Assembly (NCBI GenBank): GCA_004764695.1 | Contig: SMSO01000037.1 | Coordinates: 1,526,747-1,590,746 of the forward strand | Source: Schizochytrium sp. TIO01 | Lineage: Eukaryota > Protista > Bigyra: Labyrinthulomycetes | Reading direction: 5' to 3' | Length of the DNA: 64,000 nucleotides | Part shown: positions 1-13,541 of the stretch, in pieces | How positions within the stretch are numbered: position 1 is the stretch's first letter | How the letters are laid out: every line of letters begins with the position of its first letter | The notes under the pieces: generated by a model | The model's database searches: none | What the model saw: only the letters and a program-made list of their open reading frames with translations | What the model was told of the DNA's origin: nothing | Position numbers and translations under genes: made by a program

Positions 1-2
1 AG

Positions 3-620
3 TATACCGATGACGCATCATTGCCCTATCGTATGGCTTCGACGGAAGGATCAATACGTCTTGGGAAACTCAAACAGCAAGACAAACATTATTGCGAAGC
101 AGGTCGTCTCTTTACCATGGCTGCCAAGATTGTCGAGGTTGATGGCCCTATGGATACGTTGTCTCAAAAAGCCTCTGATTTATGGAAACATGCACTCTCA
201 GCGTACGAGCACGTGCACGATTGTACAGATCAACGCTTAGAGGCATCAGGGCGTATTTTGGCTCTTCTTTCAGACAGAAGTAGCGATGAGGAAAAGCTTA
301 ATGTATATGAAAAACATTGTCTTCTACTCCTCGATGCACGTTTGCCAGAGCAAGCAGTGCGAATATTGCGGCAAGCCAAAACCTTGGCCAAAACGCGTGA
401 GCAAAAAATTAAATTAGCACGGTTGAAAGCTTCAGCCACTGCCTCAGTGCAGCTCCTTTGCATTAAAAATCGAAAGGAGAAGGAAGGGGATACAAGCGAA
501 ACAAAATTACAAACCGAAGCAGAGGAGGACGAAGATACAGAAAGTTTTTCCTCTCATGAGGAGAAGCAGTACAATCAAGAAGATGGTGACCTTGATTTCT
601 TGAAACATCTAGATGAATGA
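3..620 (+). CDS. 5'-truncated alpha-helical (TPR/SNAP-like) protein with acidic C-terminal tail; function unknown
   Basis: The frame is open from the window start (YTDDASLPYRMAS...) to TGA at 618-620. It has Ala/Leu-rich amphipathic helices (EAGRLFTMAAKIVE, KASDLWKHALSAYE) and an acidic tail (EAEEDEDTE). The fold call comes from the residue pattern only. Confidence 0.6.
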   Translation, partial: YTDDASLPYRMASTEGSIRLGKLKQQDKHYCEAGRLFTMAAKIVEVDGPMDTLSQKASDLWKHALSAYEHVHDCTDQRLEASGRILALLSDRSSDEEKLNVYEKHCLLLLDARLPEQAVRILRQAKTLAKTREQKIKLARLKASATASVQLLCIKNRKEKEGDTSETKLQTEAEEDEDTESFSSHEEKQYNQEDGDLDFLKHLDE

Positions 621-900
621 TTGATTTATACTTTTTGTACTTTCAGAAATTTATGTTCGTCTCAAAACAATTGATTGTCGACCGACTAAAGAGATCTTGA
701 CTTAACAGTACTGATTCACTATAGGATTAATTATCAGATTACTTCAAGTGGTGTACGTAGCGGTTTGCCTGAGCCCGTCGTGAGAGCTAATTTGTTATAC
801 TCATCAAGCAATCTACCAAAAAAAAATCAATTGATTATTGCGCGCCTTATTTTCAACCTCCAACTGCGCACCGAAAATATTGTACAGTGCATAGAATAGT

Positions 901-970
901 GTACTCAATTTTGACGATTTAGTGCGCATGGAGACGTACTCAATTTTGACGATTTAGTGCGCATGGAGAC
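901..970. repeat. Perfect 35-bp tandem duplication
   Basis: GTACTCAATTTTGACGATTTAGTGCGCATGGAGAC occurs at 901-935 and again at 936-970. Confidence 0.95.
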
Positions 971-2761
971 CCATACCTCCAACACCACTTTACCTCAGCT
1001 AGTTTCCATGGTTGTATTACTTTTTTTTTAAAGAAAGAAAACGTTTGAGGTACATTCATATTCTTTATTAGAAAATTTTTATCTGACTCGAATAACCACA
1101 GCGATAATAAACAGATCAAGCTCCTCCTGCGATCTCATCCATGAACTACGTTTGGCACTTCGCTTCGAGAACTCGTTTTTATAAGAGAAAACTCTGCAGC
1201 ACGCTCCGTACATCCTTATTATGGCACCATATGAAATTGTGTTCGTCTTTCACAATTTTAACAAAGCAGTGATATGTGATTAAGCAGGGTACTCGGAATT
1301 TAAATAATCGTTGGGTATGGTACTGGGGTATGTCGTTGCCTCTAAATTTATGCACAGGGCAGTATCCTATGAGATCCTTAACTTACAAATTTGCGCCTTA
1401 ACCTCGCGGAGAAGTTAGGAACTCTGAACCATAGAAGGAAGATGTTTTCAATTAGCTAGAGAATTTTATATGTCACAGTGATAAGACATAAGCTATAGAC
1501 GTATAGAATCGATCCAAAGTAGTTTGTGGTCTTACCGAAGCCATGCTAGGTAGCCAGCTAGCTTAGCTACCTACATTCCTATTAAAAAGCGGACGTAATT
1601 CTTCCAACTAGTCCCTCCCAGAAAAAAGGCAAGCCGAAAACCGCCTTCATACTACCCTAGAGGTAGATACTATACTATGATGACTGATACTATCTACCGG
1701 TATAAGAGTAGGTATGTGGTACTAGATACCCTCTTAGTACTTCTAGTGATGACTTTTGGGTCTCATTTACATCATTGAGGGAAAAGGAGAAGATCTGAAT
1801 TTGGTACAAGCACTGACAGATGAGTCTCACAAAGTTTACGAAATCACTCCTTAAGTACGTACCTATATACCTACCTGCCTAAATCAGACCAACCTACTCC
1901 AAACTAGTTGGACAGAGATTAGATCAAGATAGCAGAGAAGAGAGCGATGCTTCAGTAAGCCCAAATCACCTCGATGGAATACGTATCTTACCAAAGATTT
2001 TTAAGGTAGGGTAGAGAAGAAATGCAACGTTTATTCCTGTGTTTTAAAGAGGGTCATTGCTTGGCTCAAAGATAATGACCGAAGTTTTCTTTTCTTTGCT
2101 GTTCTTATATTTTCCTGGAGCTCCCTTTCAAGCATAGTAGTTTCAAGCTATAGTATTGAAATCATTCATCATTTCATCTAGACCTTCATGAAGTTGTGCA
2201 TACCTGTGCATCATGCATGCTATATGTTATGCCCTAATACTATGCAATAATGCCTTCTACCACCAAAGGTAAAGTACTGTTACTTTCGGCTAAGTAGGTA
2301 GGTCTAGGAAGCTTATCAAGTGTTAGTAAACAAGTATATACTGTTATTGCAAGCTAGAAGGAAGAAAAGAAAAGGGAGAAAAAGCAGCAACCAACTGAGA
2401 GACTCGATCCTGTTAAACAAATAAGCACTGCTCTCTCTGAGAGGTTGACTAGTTTCTGATCCTGTATAAGCGTCAACAGAACTCATATCAACCTCGCACC
2501 CAAAGAAGTGGGAGAAGGGGAGGGAAGGCTCCAGACGCTCCAGATCTTGAGTGTCACTTCCCCTGGGCCCGTTCTTAGTTGCCTTCCACTCTTCTGAGCG
2601 CTTACGCGTTTTACTTGTTACTCAGAATTTGATCGGCAACCTACGTTTTGGCCCCATCACGATAAAACAGCAAGTTAATAATAGCCTGTGGACCTTTGAC
2701 CAAAAACTCACACAAAAAAGGGTGGGCGCACGTACTGGGCGTAGTTGAATGCACAAGCAAC

Positions 2762-3914
2762 ATGGTTGCAGTCCATTGCCTACTAGTAGCTCTTCATGTT
2801 GCTGCTACCTGTGTTGCAGTTATTGCACTTGGATGCATTGTCGTATCGGCATATGTTTGGCGAACTGAATTATCAAACGTAATAGTGCCTCGTAATGAGA
2901 CTGGTGTTGATGTTGACATGAATGACTTTATGGGTGCTGAAGTCCCTGCATACGCAGCAACTCTTGCATTTTCGTCAGTACTCTTCATCGTCTCTCTTAT
3001 TGGTATATATGGAGCGTTCCGGCGTATGAGATCTGCTATCTTTGCATTTGTTTCACGTAAGTTAGACTCTGGAGCTTTGTAATGTGAATGTTTTGTTCCA
3101 AAGTCGAAGCAAATTCTATTTTAATGTTTTGTATCACTGGCCTGCCTGATTGAAAACGCTAACGTGCTTTTTCATTTATTTTTGCTTAGTTGGTCTTATT
3201 TCCACTGTTTTCCAACTCATTGCGCTCGCAGTTCTTCTGGCACAAACCCTATCATCAGACTTATGGTCAGAGCAGCTGACACCGCTTGCAAGTGTCTCTC
3301 TTTTTGGAGCAACTGCTCTTGAGCTAGTTCTTATTTTCCTGGTATTGGTTTTATTTTGCGTTGATCCTCATGGAAAATCAATCTATGAAGAGGACCTATC
3401 ATGGTGTAGTCCAGGTTACGTGACAAGTTATATATCCGGGGCAGCGATTGTCAATTCTATACTGTCTGCATTTCTTTTCGCATTCTCAATAGGGCAATAT
3501 CTCAGGGTCGTGCAAGATGATTTGTCCGGTTCAACATACGCTCGGATTTATGGTTTGCAGCCTTCCATGTATGTGCTGATGGTCGCAACAGCGCTGAATA
3601 TGATTATAGGGTTTTTAGGTGTATGCGGAGCTCGATGCCACACTTTTTTCATGCTCACCGCCTATATTGTTGTCGATTTTATTTGCATTGGCTTACAGAC
3701 AGCAAGTTCCCTTGTTATTCTCATAGAGAGTAATAAAGCTCGTCTCAATGCTGCAGAACAAGCGGTGGAGCTGAACGAATCAGAGCTAGGTTTAGTCATG
3801 CTTGTTGGCGCAATCACGCTGATTCTTTCTGTCGTTCAGTTTGGAACAAGCTTTATGGTTAGCTTAGTGATGGTCACTGACAAAGACTCTGTTTTTGTGG
3901 CTGACTATTTCTGA
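2762..3914 (+). CDS. Tetraspanin-like multi-pass membrane protein with two tandem modules; exons 2762-3056 and 3190-3914 (339 aa)
   Basis: ATG at 2762. The intron 3057-3189 has a GTAAGT donor, a GCTAAC branch-like motif and a TTAG acceptor, and it joins the two ORF-track ORFs in frame. Two tetraspanin TM2-TM3-like signatures are present: IVSLIGIYGAFRR...AIFAF and IIGFLGVCGARCH...MLTAY. Confidence 0.8.
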
Positions 3915-6900
3915 GAAACTTATTTACGTTTTCCCAAAGTGGGACCTGTAATGTGAAATTTCATCCAAATATGCTCGCATTAGGAGATTGGCATTTGCTA
4001 AGGTGCCCTCATTACTTTCTGGGTATCCGCAAGAACAGCTGTTTAAAGCACCACTTTCTGAGATCTGTGGGTGTATGTATCAATCAGCATGTCTGATATT
4101 TGATGGTGAACAGTATTAGTATCTATCTGCAACAATACAAAGTTGACATGTATCAATGTTCTTTGTTTCAATCTGCTACTTCTTCTCGATTTAACTAGCA
4201 CGTATCTACATGCATAGCTTGCTTACTTGCCTGTGCAACTTTATTTTTTTCAGTCTAGTTGCTTAATTTATTGAAGGGTTTTCCTTAAAATTTGGAGAGA
4301 AAAATAAAAAAACACCAAGAAAATCATTTAAATCTGATTCTTACTTACTCTCTAGCGTTCGTTGAATGCTCTAAAATTCTTGTGCATTATTGTCAGTTCT
4401 CTGGGCAACATTTTTGATCTCACTACGCGAGTGGGGACATCCAAATAAATTTCATATACATAAAGGAACTAACTCTTCAGTGCTCGACTTTACGGACACG
4501 ACCTCAAAGTTTAATTAGGATTAGCGCATTGCTTTTTCGTACAAATGTTGTAGCAATAGATGATGAGTAATTTATAGAAAGTACGTGTATATTGCAAACC
4601 ACCATTCATTGCTCAATCGAAAAATAATTATGTTACCCGTGAGATGCCGTTCTTCTTGGCATTTGTATCGCTGGTGTGTACCAATGATGTATTATTTTAT
4701 TTATATTTATTACATACAGGTTGAGAGAGAGAGAAATTTGGCTGGAGGTATTAAAGAGAAAATTATACTGAATTGCTTGCTAAACAATGATGTCCGTAAG
4801 CTAGCATCTTGCTTTTGCGTGTACTTGTTCTTCTTATATATTCTTATAAGACTTGAGTAATTTAATAAATAAATGTTTTCGAGATGTTTCTTCTAAATAA
4901 AAATGAAAAACGACTTCTTTATAAATTAAATTATAAAATCGAGTATGTGAGTAAAGTTATTAACAAAGCATTACCAAAAAATCAAAGATGATGAAAGAGT
5001 CATTTAAATTATTTAATTAATTAACATACTATAATATCTCTCTATTTTTTAAAAATAAGCTCATTCCATCGCAGTAAACCTGGTAGGGTAGCTAAGCTAG
5101 GCTAGCTATTGTATTGAATTCTGTTAAGATTATATATTATCATCACAGATGGTGGGTGATGTCTGTCAGACAATGTAAGATATCTAATCAGGTTCTGCGA
5201 TGCTTATTTACTTAATTTATGTCCAGTTATGTATTTAATTTATTAGGCGTTGATGACTGACTCTCTAGTCAGCTAATTGCAAATAAATTACTCTTAATTC
5301 TAAAGTCCTTATAAAAAGGAAACAGCAAATTCGATAAAATAGCAATATTTTATAAAAATACAAATATATTATAAAATATTTAGAAAACATAAATAATTAT
5401 ATATTTTAAAATTTAAATTTCCCAAAAATACATATTTGATATATATTTTGAAAATTAATATCAATAATCTGATTTTTCAGCAAAAGTTGAGACACAAATA
5501 CTGCTTATCTACATCAAAAAAGTCAAAATATATATATGCAACATAAGAACAACTAAGACAGTCATGGTGACAATCAGTAATAATAATAATAAATAGGTAC
5601 ATCAAGACATTTATCCGAGTAATATTCACGATTTTTGTGTATGCTATCTTAGATATATATATCTTAGATTTTGAAACAACATACAAAGAGATGCGGAGGA
5701 GTAACTAAAGAAAGGAAGGTAGTACATACAGTCAAATCAAAACCCATCCGCCGGAAGCCTGCCACAACAATTGAATTTTCTTGCCTTTGCTCATGTACAC
5801 TGTACTAAGTACTATTAATACTATTAGCTAGCCCTCAGGGGGCTAGCTGACCTTCGACGATCGTGCTACTACTACCACCCACCACCTCCTAAACAATAAG
5901 GAACAGAGCAAAGTAAACTCCGTCACTTTTCCTTACGCTGGAGCGAGCTTGCTTGCTGGCTATTACGCCGCAACCAGCGAATGGAGAGCGAACGAGCGAA
6001 ATCTTCGGCTCTTGTAGGTGCCCAGCTAATGAAAGAACCTTTTGCAAGCATTAAACTTATTTCTTTTCACAAACTGTATGTATAGGGTATTTGTTTAATT
6101 AAATTTGAAAAGATAATACAATTTCAGAATAAAATAATTGTGTAATTTATGTTATTGAAAACTTTTCATCTAGGAGAATCCTCATACTTGCATTAAGAAA
6201 ATGAAACTCTTGTATATGGAACGAAAATTTGCTTGGTCAATGTATATGTTCTGAATCCAAGTCTGATCAATCAAATAAATTTAATTACTATTGTTTTGAT
6301 ACTTTCGAGATATATTTGGATTTATTTTAATCATTTTCCTTATTTCTGTCTTGCTCTGCTTTCTGGCATCTGGCATTCTAAATTGTTGTGTGGTCTTTCT
6401 TTACCTATAAGCGATTATTTTCTCGATTACTTGTCATTAAAGCTTATTATTCTTAGAGTTTTGAATAGAAAGACCACAGATCTCCTTCCAACCTGAGAAA
6501 AAATATTCACGTGTTTGAAACATACAAAATGATTATTTAAAGTAGTTCCTTCGCTTAAGTGTCGTTTATAATGAATGATCATCAAATGTCTCAAAGTCAA
6601 CAAGATCATTTTAGAAAACAATAAACATAATCTAAGACAGATGTAAATCAACGATTGCAGATAAAAAGTGTTGAAATTGAATGTAAAAACATGCTACATG
6701 ATCTAACTGTTGAAAGCTATGGTATGATCATCTAGAGATTTAGTAGCAAGTTGCAGCCCTAATACATGAATGCTCAGAGGATTTTCAAAAGTATTTTTTG
6801 GTATTTTGGTTTTCGAGTTAGCGATAAGAAACAAATTCCTAGGTGGACTGTTTTCGATTGCAAAGTTTTTGTAGGGCGAAGATAAATACTGAGAAGGAAT

Positions 6901-6923
6901 TCAGACACATCTCTGCGACATGA

Positions 6924-7429
6924 CTTCGCAAGATTAAGAGGAGCCCCTATCTGACGAAACCAGGACAAAAGTGTCATGATGGCATGATGGGCGATGTACA
7001 ACACTGCGCTGGAATCAACCAGGGAATGAAGGGAATCAAGCAAGCATCGAGAGGGAGTCTGCAAAGCAAAACCTGTAGGCAGACCCGAAATACCAAAGCG
7101 ACCAGAAGCACTTGAATCTATCAAGCACATTCAACAAGACAACCCTAGCCATAATACTAACTAACTACTACCATCCAAGACATTTCCCCAAATATCTCTA
7201 ATTAATCATAACCACGTCTCATTAATAAAGGTGATTAAAATTGAGGAGGAAATGTCGCTCTCTCTTCACAGGTATTGCTAAAATATAATCTATGATGAGC
7301 CAAAGGTTGACCGGTAAGATGAAGGCCAGTCACATGGAATGTATTATAGAGACTTGGAAGGCATTTTATACTAGGGCCTATAAAGCCAGCAATCTGCCGA
7401 CCTTCGAGATGAACACTAATGCGGGTTGA
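6924..7429 (+). pseudogene. Possible highly decayed Fanzor/TnpB-like relic
   Basis: Frameshifted fragments occur in the expected order: LRKIK...YLTK (6924), KSVMMA*WAMYNTALE (about 6967-7014), VIKIEEEMSLSLHRYC (about 7231) and QRLTGKMK...AFYTRAYKASNLPTFEMN (7301-7414). Confidence 0.4.
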
Positions 7430-8635
7430 TTCGTCTTCAGCTTGGGAGACTACGTCATACCTAATAGGTATGACAAATATCTCAAGAGGCCAGGTAAACT
7501 TATATCCTCGACCATTGAGTCAAGTTTGACCTTATATATTTATTCATTTGGTTATGTAGTCTATTTTCAAATCTTAAGTCTTCTTGGACACAGACGTTGT
7601 ATCTGATAGGTTAATTTTACCAAACTTGATTCCTAATAGTTAATTTGTGCAAAGGACCCCTTGTAATGAATATGTTATGAACAACCATTTACATGATTAT
7701 TTCAACAGCTTTAGGATTAGCATTCTTCATGAGCTATGCATCTGTAGTTTCGATTTCCTATATTCATTCGAAAAGTCACTACTCCTTTGATTGTCTTAGT
7801 TTATTCGAATATGCAAATCAGACTTTCCGAAAGCAGTCTAAAAGCTCTACATTTTTTAGTTCCATAAAAAATCTTTTGATTGGTGATCTCAACATTTATG
7901 GCAGAGCAACAGATTGATCACTCAGGGCTAGGTCTACCCAAACAGCAATCTTGCGAAGCAATGTTTAGCTTATGATTTTACTTTGCTTTTCATTCGCTGT
8001 AGTTGTAGAGTTGCTGGTCGATTCTAGTCGTTTCTATCTCTGATCTATAATTTATCTCAACTCGTGAACCAATACTAATTCATAAATCTGGATGATACCA
8101 AATGGGGATAGGTGGGTACGAGATGCTATTTCCTACACCTGGTAATTTAGCTATTTTGTCACTGGAAGTGACATATAAGTTGCATTGGTCGAGACTTAGC
8201 ACTCAATGTCGAAGATTACTCACTGAAAACTCCAAGATTTTATCTTCAGCTAAATGCAGAAAATTGTGCATTGTGATACACCAACTTGCATAGTGCACAA
8301 ACTTGTGAAAGGTGCGTTAAGAAAAATACTGTTTTCCCGTCTTAACTGGTTGCAATAATAGTAAAGCGGTAGGAGATTTCTTGAATGACGCAAACTGCAT
8401 ATGGCCTAATAGGCCTAACATACTGATAAAGACTATAACAAGAAAATAAATACATTCTTTAAAAACAAAAAACTGTGTCTGTATTTCTTGGAAAATGACG
8501 GCGCACGTTCTAAAAATAGGAAACGGTAAACCGTAAAAATGGTTTTTCTTTAAAGTAACGATTCATGAAATAACAACAAGAAAATGGCAGAAGTGCCATC
8601 TTGGAAAAGTTAAAGGCAAAACATGGTCTGTTCTT

Positions 8636-9411
8636 TTACAACAAAATGCAGCCTCCTCCAGAACTACCAGTGGAGCCACTGGAAGCAGCATCTTTAGCTT
8701 TTGATTTCACGGAAGTCCCGGCTCCCTTCGAGCTCATTGACTTTGTTGACATGGTCAAAGTTGCTTTTGCAGCTGAGAGTCTCGAGTGCGTTGCCGCGCG
8801 TACAGCCTCCTGGAAGAGCTCATCAAGACCAACCATTCTAAGTGCAGAGCACTCCATGTAGCAGTGGGCGCCGAGACGTTTTGCCTCTGATGCATAGAAG
8901 TCAAAGGACTTAAGCGGTTTACCTTTGGCTTGGAGGCTTTCTACAACTTTACTGTCAGAGCGGATGTCGGACTTGGTACCAACAATGATAAACGGAACTC
9001 CTGGCGAATGATGAGTAATTTCTGGTTTCCATTTAGTCTCAACATGTTTGTACGAGACAGGAGAATTGATTGCAAAACAAACTAAGAATACCTGCGTTTG
9101 AGGATATGAGAGTGGGCGCAAACGCGTGTATTCCTCTTGACCTGCAGTGTCCCATAGTCTAGATGTTCAGAAAGGCAAATTTAATGAGAGTCAACCTGTT
9201 AGCTCAATGAAGGTAGTGGCATTTGAACTTTGTTGCGATTTTTAACTTACCCAAGATAGGTTTCCTTGTTGTCCACCACTAGGTTTGTCTCATAGTTATC
9301 AAACACTGTCGGTACATAGTCTGATGGGAATCGCCCTTCTGTGTACGAGATGAGCATCGAGGTCTTCCCGACTGCGCCATCACCCACAACAACACACTTG
9401 ATATTATTCAT
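8636..9411 (-). CDS. RAC: Rac/Rho-family small GTPase; exons 9411-9251 and 9158-8636 (227 aa)
   Basis: Spliced product reads [24 protein letters not shown]...YVPTVFDNY...LG|[10 protein letters not shown]..., with GTKSD, ECSAL and C-terminal CAAX CILL. The 92-bp intron 9250-9159 is GTAAGT...CTAG. Confidence 0.96.
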
Positions 9412-11178
9412 GGTTAAGAGACCTTGCCTTTGAATGCGATCCCTTTACAAACTTAGCAACGTTAATGGAAACCACACAACCACAATACGCCACTGCTTTA
9501 CCTTGGAGACGAGTATAGTAGACAAATTTTGGCACTATCTCACGGAAGAGAAGAAGATGGCGGTAGACTGACTTCTCCCTCACCGCCACAGAACCAAAGC
9601 AGCTCTGAAGGGATGAGTTCTAGATGTAGACTTATGTTGGATAGCAATGTCAGCTGGTCTTCCAGAGCGCTGGGTAAAGTAGCAAAAAGAATGATATTGA
9701 TCAAGAGTAATGTCGCGAGGAGTCCTGAAGCAAGGGGCCCACTAATCAAATCGGCTGAGTGAAAAGAATACCTCCTTTGAAGTTCTGTGTCTTTCTTGGA
9801 TCTCACTTTACAAAGAGATTGTCTCGGGAAGTTGGTAGTATGTCTTGACAACCTTGACCTGCAAGCGCAAGGAAAACAAGTCTTACCTCTTCGCCGCTCG
9901 TCACCACTCCCTACGAGCTTGACTTTGCGACTGACTGCACGTGTGTTTGCTTGCTGTTTGATGTGTAAACGACTATTAGCAGAGTTGCTAAGGGTAATTC
10001 TATGTCTGTAGTAACTCTTATAGGATCTGATATATAGTTACTAGCATTTGAACCAATTTGAGAGAGACAAAAGTTGATGAATGGATTAAAGTAAAAAGTA
10101 GGAAACAGAGGAAGGCATAAAATACTCTGAAGAGAGGTTCATGGACAGTTTTCCAAATAGGGACTTGTTGTTTACCACCAAAGCTGATCGGTGAAACTTG
10201 TAAAGAAGCTGATACAGGTGGAGTTTGTTTGTACTGTATGTGATTGATCTATATATTGTAGGCCTACTTGAACTTTGGACCTTTCCTTTTAGAGGGCTCC
10301 GCTATCTACACGATGACCAAAATTATCATGAGTAATGTCTGGGTAGGTAGCACCTAGTACTGTATGCTGTACGAGGGAGTTCTCAGCTGGTTAAAAAAAA
10401 AAGAAAGAAAGAAAGAAAGAAAGCAAGAAAAAGGATAGTCAGAATACAGAGGTTTTAGAGACTGTCTCAAAGCTCGAAGAATTTACTAGTTTAATCTAAC
10501 TATGGTAGTTTTAAAGCTTCGCTCTTCATGAGCAGACACGGAGCTAATCCTGGCAAAGAAGCAAGTCAGTGGAGGGGTGGGTTTTCTTTTCCTTACTCAT
10601 ACACACTACTAGTAATACTATTAATAGTCGTAAAAAGTTTTTTTATTCCTATTTCTGATAGAAACTACACACTATTATTACTAATAGCTACTCTAGCTAG
10701 GAGTACTGATGCTCATTTGGGTACACACACCTCTATCGATTTCCTTTATTCTTCTTTCCTTTTCTTCAACTTTATAAAGTACCTAGGTAGGTAGGTATTC
10801 ATGAACTTAAAAGCACTATTATATGCAACAATTGAAGGAATCCTCACTTCTCTGGGTAGCCATAGTAGCCATCGCGCGAGGTCAATCTGCTGTTTACAAA
10901 CCGCAAGGAGATACCTAATGTTAGACTTATTTGTCCAGTTGCGCACACCTTTATACACACTTTTGAAGTGACCTCAACCTCTTCAAGTTGATCAATATTA
11001 TCAATTCTATCAGGTAGTACTTAGGTAGATAAAATCGACTAATATTTACCTCTCTTACGTAGGTAGGTAACTAGTTAAATGTGTTGGGACATCAAGTGCC
11101 TATAGTAACACACAGGAAAAATAACTTGTGAGAATTACTCTAACTATGAATACATTTCACAAAATCAACCTTCAGACC

Positions 11179-11240
11179 AGTGATTGTTTTGGCGTGAGTT
11201 TTCGCTCAAGCTTAAAGGGCTACCTCTATTTAGTGAGAGA
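11179..11240 (+). repeat. Dispersed short repeat family, copy A
   Basis: AGTGATTGTTTTGGC...TACCTCT...TAGTGAGAG matches the copies at 19.7, 55.0 and 55.8 kb. Confidence 0.65.
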
Positions 11241-13498
11241 TATTTAGCTGATTCGGAACACCTGAGTATAAACTTGAACAAAAGTTGAATCTGTACGAAG
11301 ATGTCATTAACTGAGCACGTTCCTCATTCCTATAAAACGCACTTTATCGTTATGCATGTGTAGGTTTCTCAGCTGGTTTATCGGGGGTGTTCTAGCGACA
11401 AATCCAGCCGGCAATCTAAGCACTCAAGACGGCTATATGGTATAAGCTAGATCGAAGTGCTGGAAAGCAAATACTTGTACACAAAACATGTTCTGAGTAA
11501 GCTTTAGTTCTCAAAACAACCTGGTACGAAGCAAGAAGCGTCTAAATTGGAAAACCAGAAGCGTACCTAAGACTTTTGGAGTTCACGAGAAAACGAAATT
11601 GTCATCACACAGATTCTACTCGTCTGAAATTGCAGTAAGCAAGTAACCTATTTTTTATTTTTTTAAAAAAACATCGTTCTTTATCTTTTATAGTAAAAGA
11701 CTCAAATTGACCTGGTTTGATATTCATCTCGTCAACGATTCAACAATTTCTTAAGGAACCCTTTCACGTCTTTTTGGACAGCACATTTGCAATATGGTTG
11801 CAAATACGAAAAGGATATACACCTGGACTTTTTATATATAGTATTAAAGCAATCTTACGCTTGGTACAACTGCTCCACTGTCAGGCTATGAGACGATTCG
11901 AATAACTTGAAATGCACTTGTATTCATTGGCAAAAAAATACGTACTCTGTAGACGCTGAGATTTCTAGCTTAATTCTGTATGTATGTATGTATGTATGTC
12001 CAAATGGCTCTATGAATGCATTCAGACCATGTGGTATGGATGATGTGCTTTTCTCCTCAAACTGTTTTGGCTCAGCTCTATATTGATTTATTTTGTAGTC
12101 GTAATAGCTCGGACTTCAGCCAATCAGAACAAATAAAATTAGCGTCGAGGGCTCGGACCAACCCCGCCAGAGGAAAAGAGAGGAGAGAAGAGAAGAGATC
12201 TACTCATGCTTTCATAATATGCCTAGGACTAACTTAGTAAAAGAATCTTGTGATCAAATCGAGAAAGTGTTGATCTGATTTAAAAAAAGAGAGTATCTTT
12301 GAAAATAAAACAGATAAACAGAAATACACAAATAGGTTAAATGCAACAAGAAACAACAAGAACACCACGCATGGCCTATAGCTTATGAACCTAACTTGGA
12401 GCATGGAATTTTGTATCTCCTTTTTGATGTAGCAAAATGCACCCACTTTATGGGTCGTGCTTAAGCTTGCTGTGCTTCGTGCAAGGTCCATGGCTTTTGA
12501 TTGAACTATTAGATAGTTCAAGCGAGTTTGATTGGCACGTGTGCTTAAGGAAGTTTTAAGTACCACATGAAAGTTTATAATTTATAATTAGGTACCATTG
12601 GCTAAAGCGACACCTTTGAAGAAACCAATAAACTCTTCTAAAACAACACCTCGCGCCTATCTTGCAATCTTCTCAGCAGTTATTTAATATGAAAAGTCAA
12701 GCTTAGAATTAAATCATCATTTGGAGTTCATATGTTAAAAATGCTCCAAAGCTCTCTTTCTACTTGGTTTAGATTTTATACTACCCTTAGGCCAAGAAAG
12801 CGAAAACTAATGATTATATAAGGCCTATACTTGAAAAGAGAAACAAGGTTTAAAAGGGAAGATTCATCCCTATGAAGTACCTAGACACTTTAAAGTGGTC
12901 CATTCATCAACTTGCAAAATTAACCTAATTCGTTAGCCTTAGAAGCTTAGTCAAAGCAACGTGTTTTATTTATTCAAGAGAGATGAGCCTACTTTTAGTT
13001 TTCAGAACGTGTCTGGATAGTCAGAGGCAAGGCAAGGGGGCTCTGAGTTTTGTTTTTCAAATCTACTTGGGACGGCGGGGTTCCTGTACCGTCATTCTCA
13101 AGAAGATTAGAAACTGCTTTTGCAAACTCGCTTTAGGAATGCCAGGCGGCATATCTGCTACCTAGTAGCTAGTGGACCAGATCTCTCTCTCTTCGCAGAC
13201 TATTCATAAACTGTTTTTAGCATTGCACAATACAAGTCAAGAACTTCACACTTTTGGAGTTTGAAATGCGCAAACTGCATCTAAAATTTCATGAAACAAG
13301 ACGAGAGGACAAAGGTACTCATGTTTATCTCTACATACTTGAAGTTCACATTGACCAGGTAGAGAAGTTAGAGAAAACGTTCCCCAATTTGTTCAATTTT
13401 ATGTAGGGTTGAGTACCTATTAAAAAAACAAATAAGAAAAAATTCGAATTAATTTAGATAACTAACAAAGCAGAAGAAATTAAAATACAATAAAAATC

Positions 13499-13541
13499 CT
13501 GACTTGAGTAGTTTGAAGTGTAGCTGACTTGAGTAGTTTGA
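13499..13541. repeat. 18-bp direct repeat, period 25
   Basis: CTGACTTGAGTAGTTTGA starts at 13499 and again at 13524. Confidence 0.85.

Noticed and set aside
901-970. 35-bp direct repeat as a CRISPR array
   Set aside because: There are only two abutting copies, no spacer and no cas genes, in a eukaryotic context.
1110-1270. DLIHELRLALRFEN fragment resembling the Fanzor helix
   Set aside because: It is too short, needs gaps and has no supporting downstream motif.
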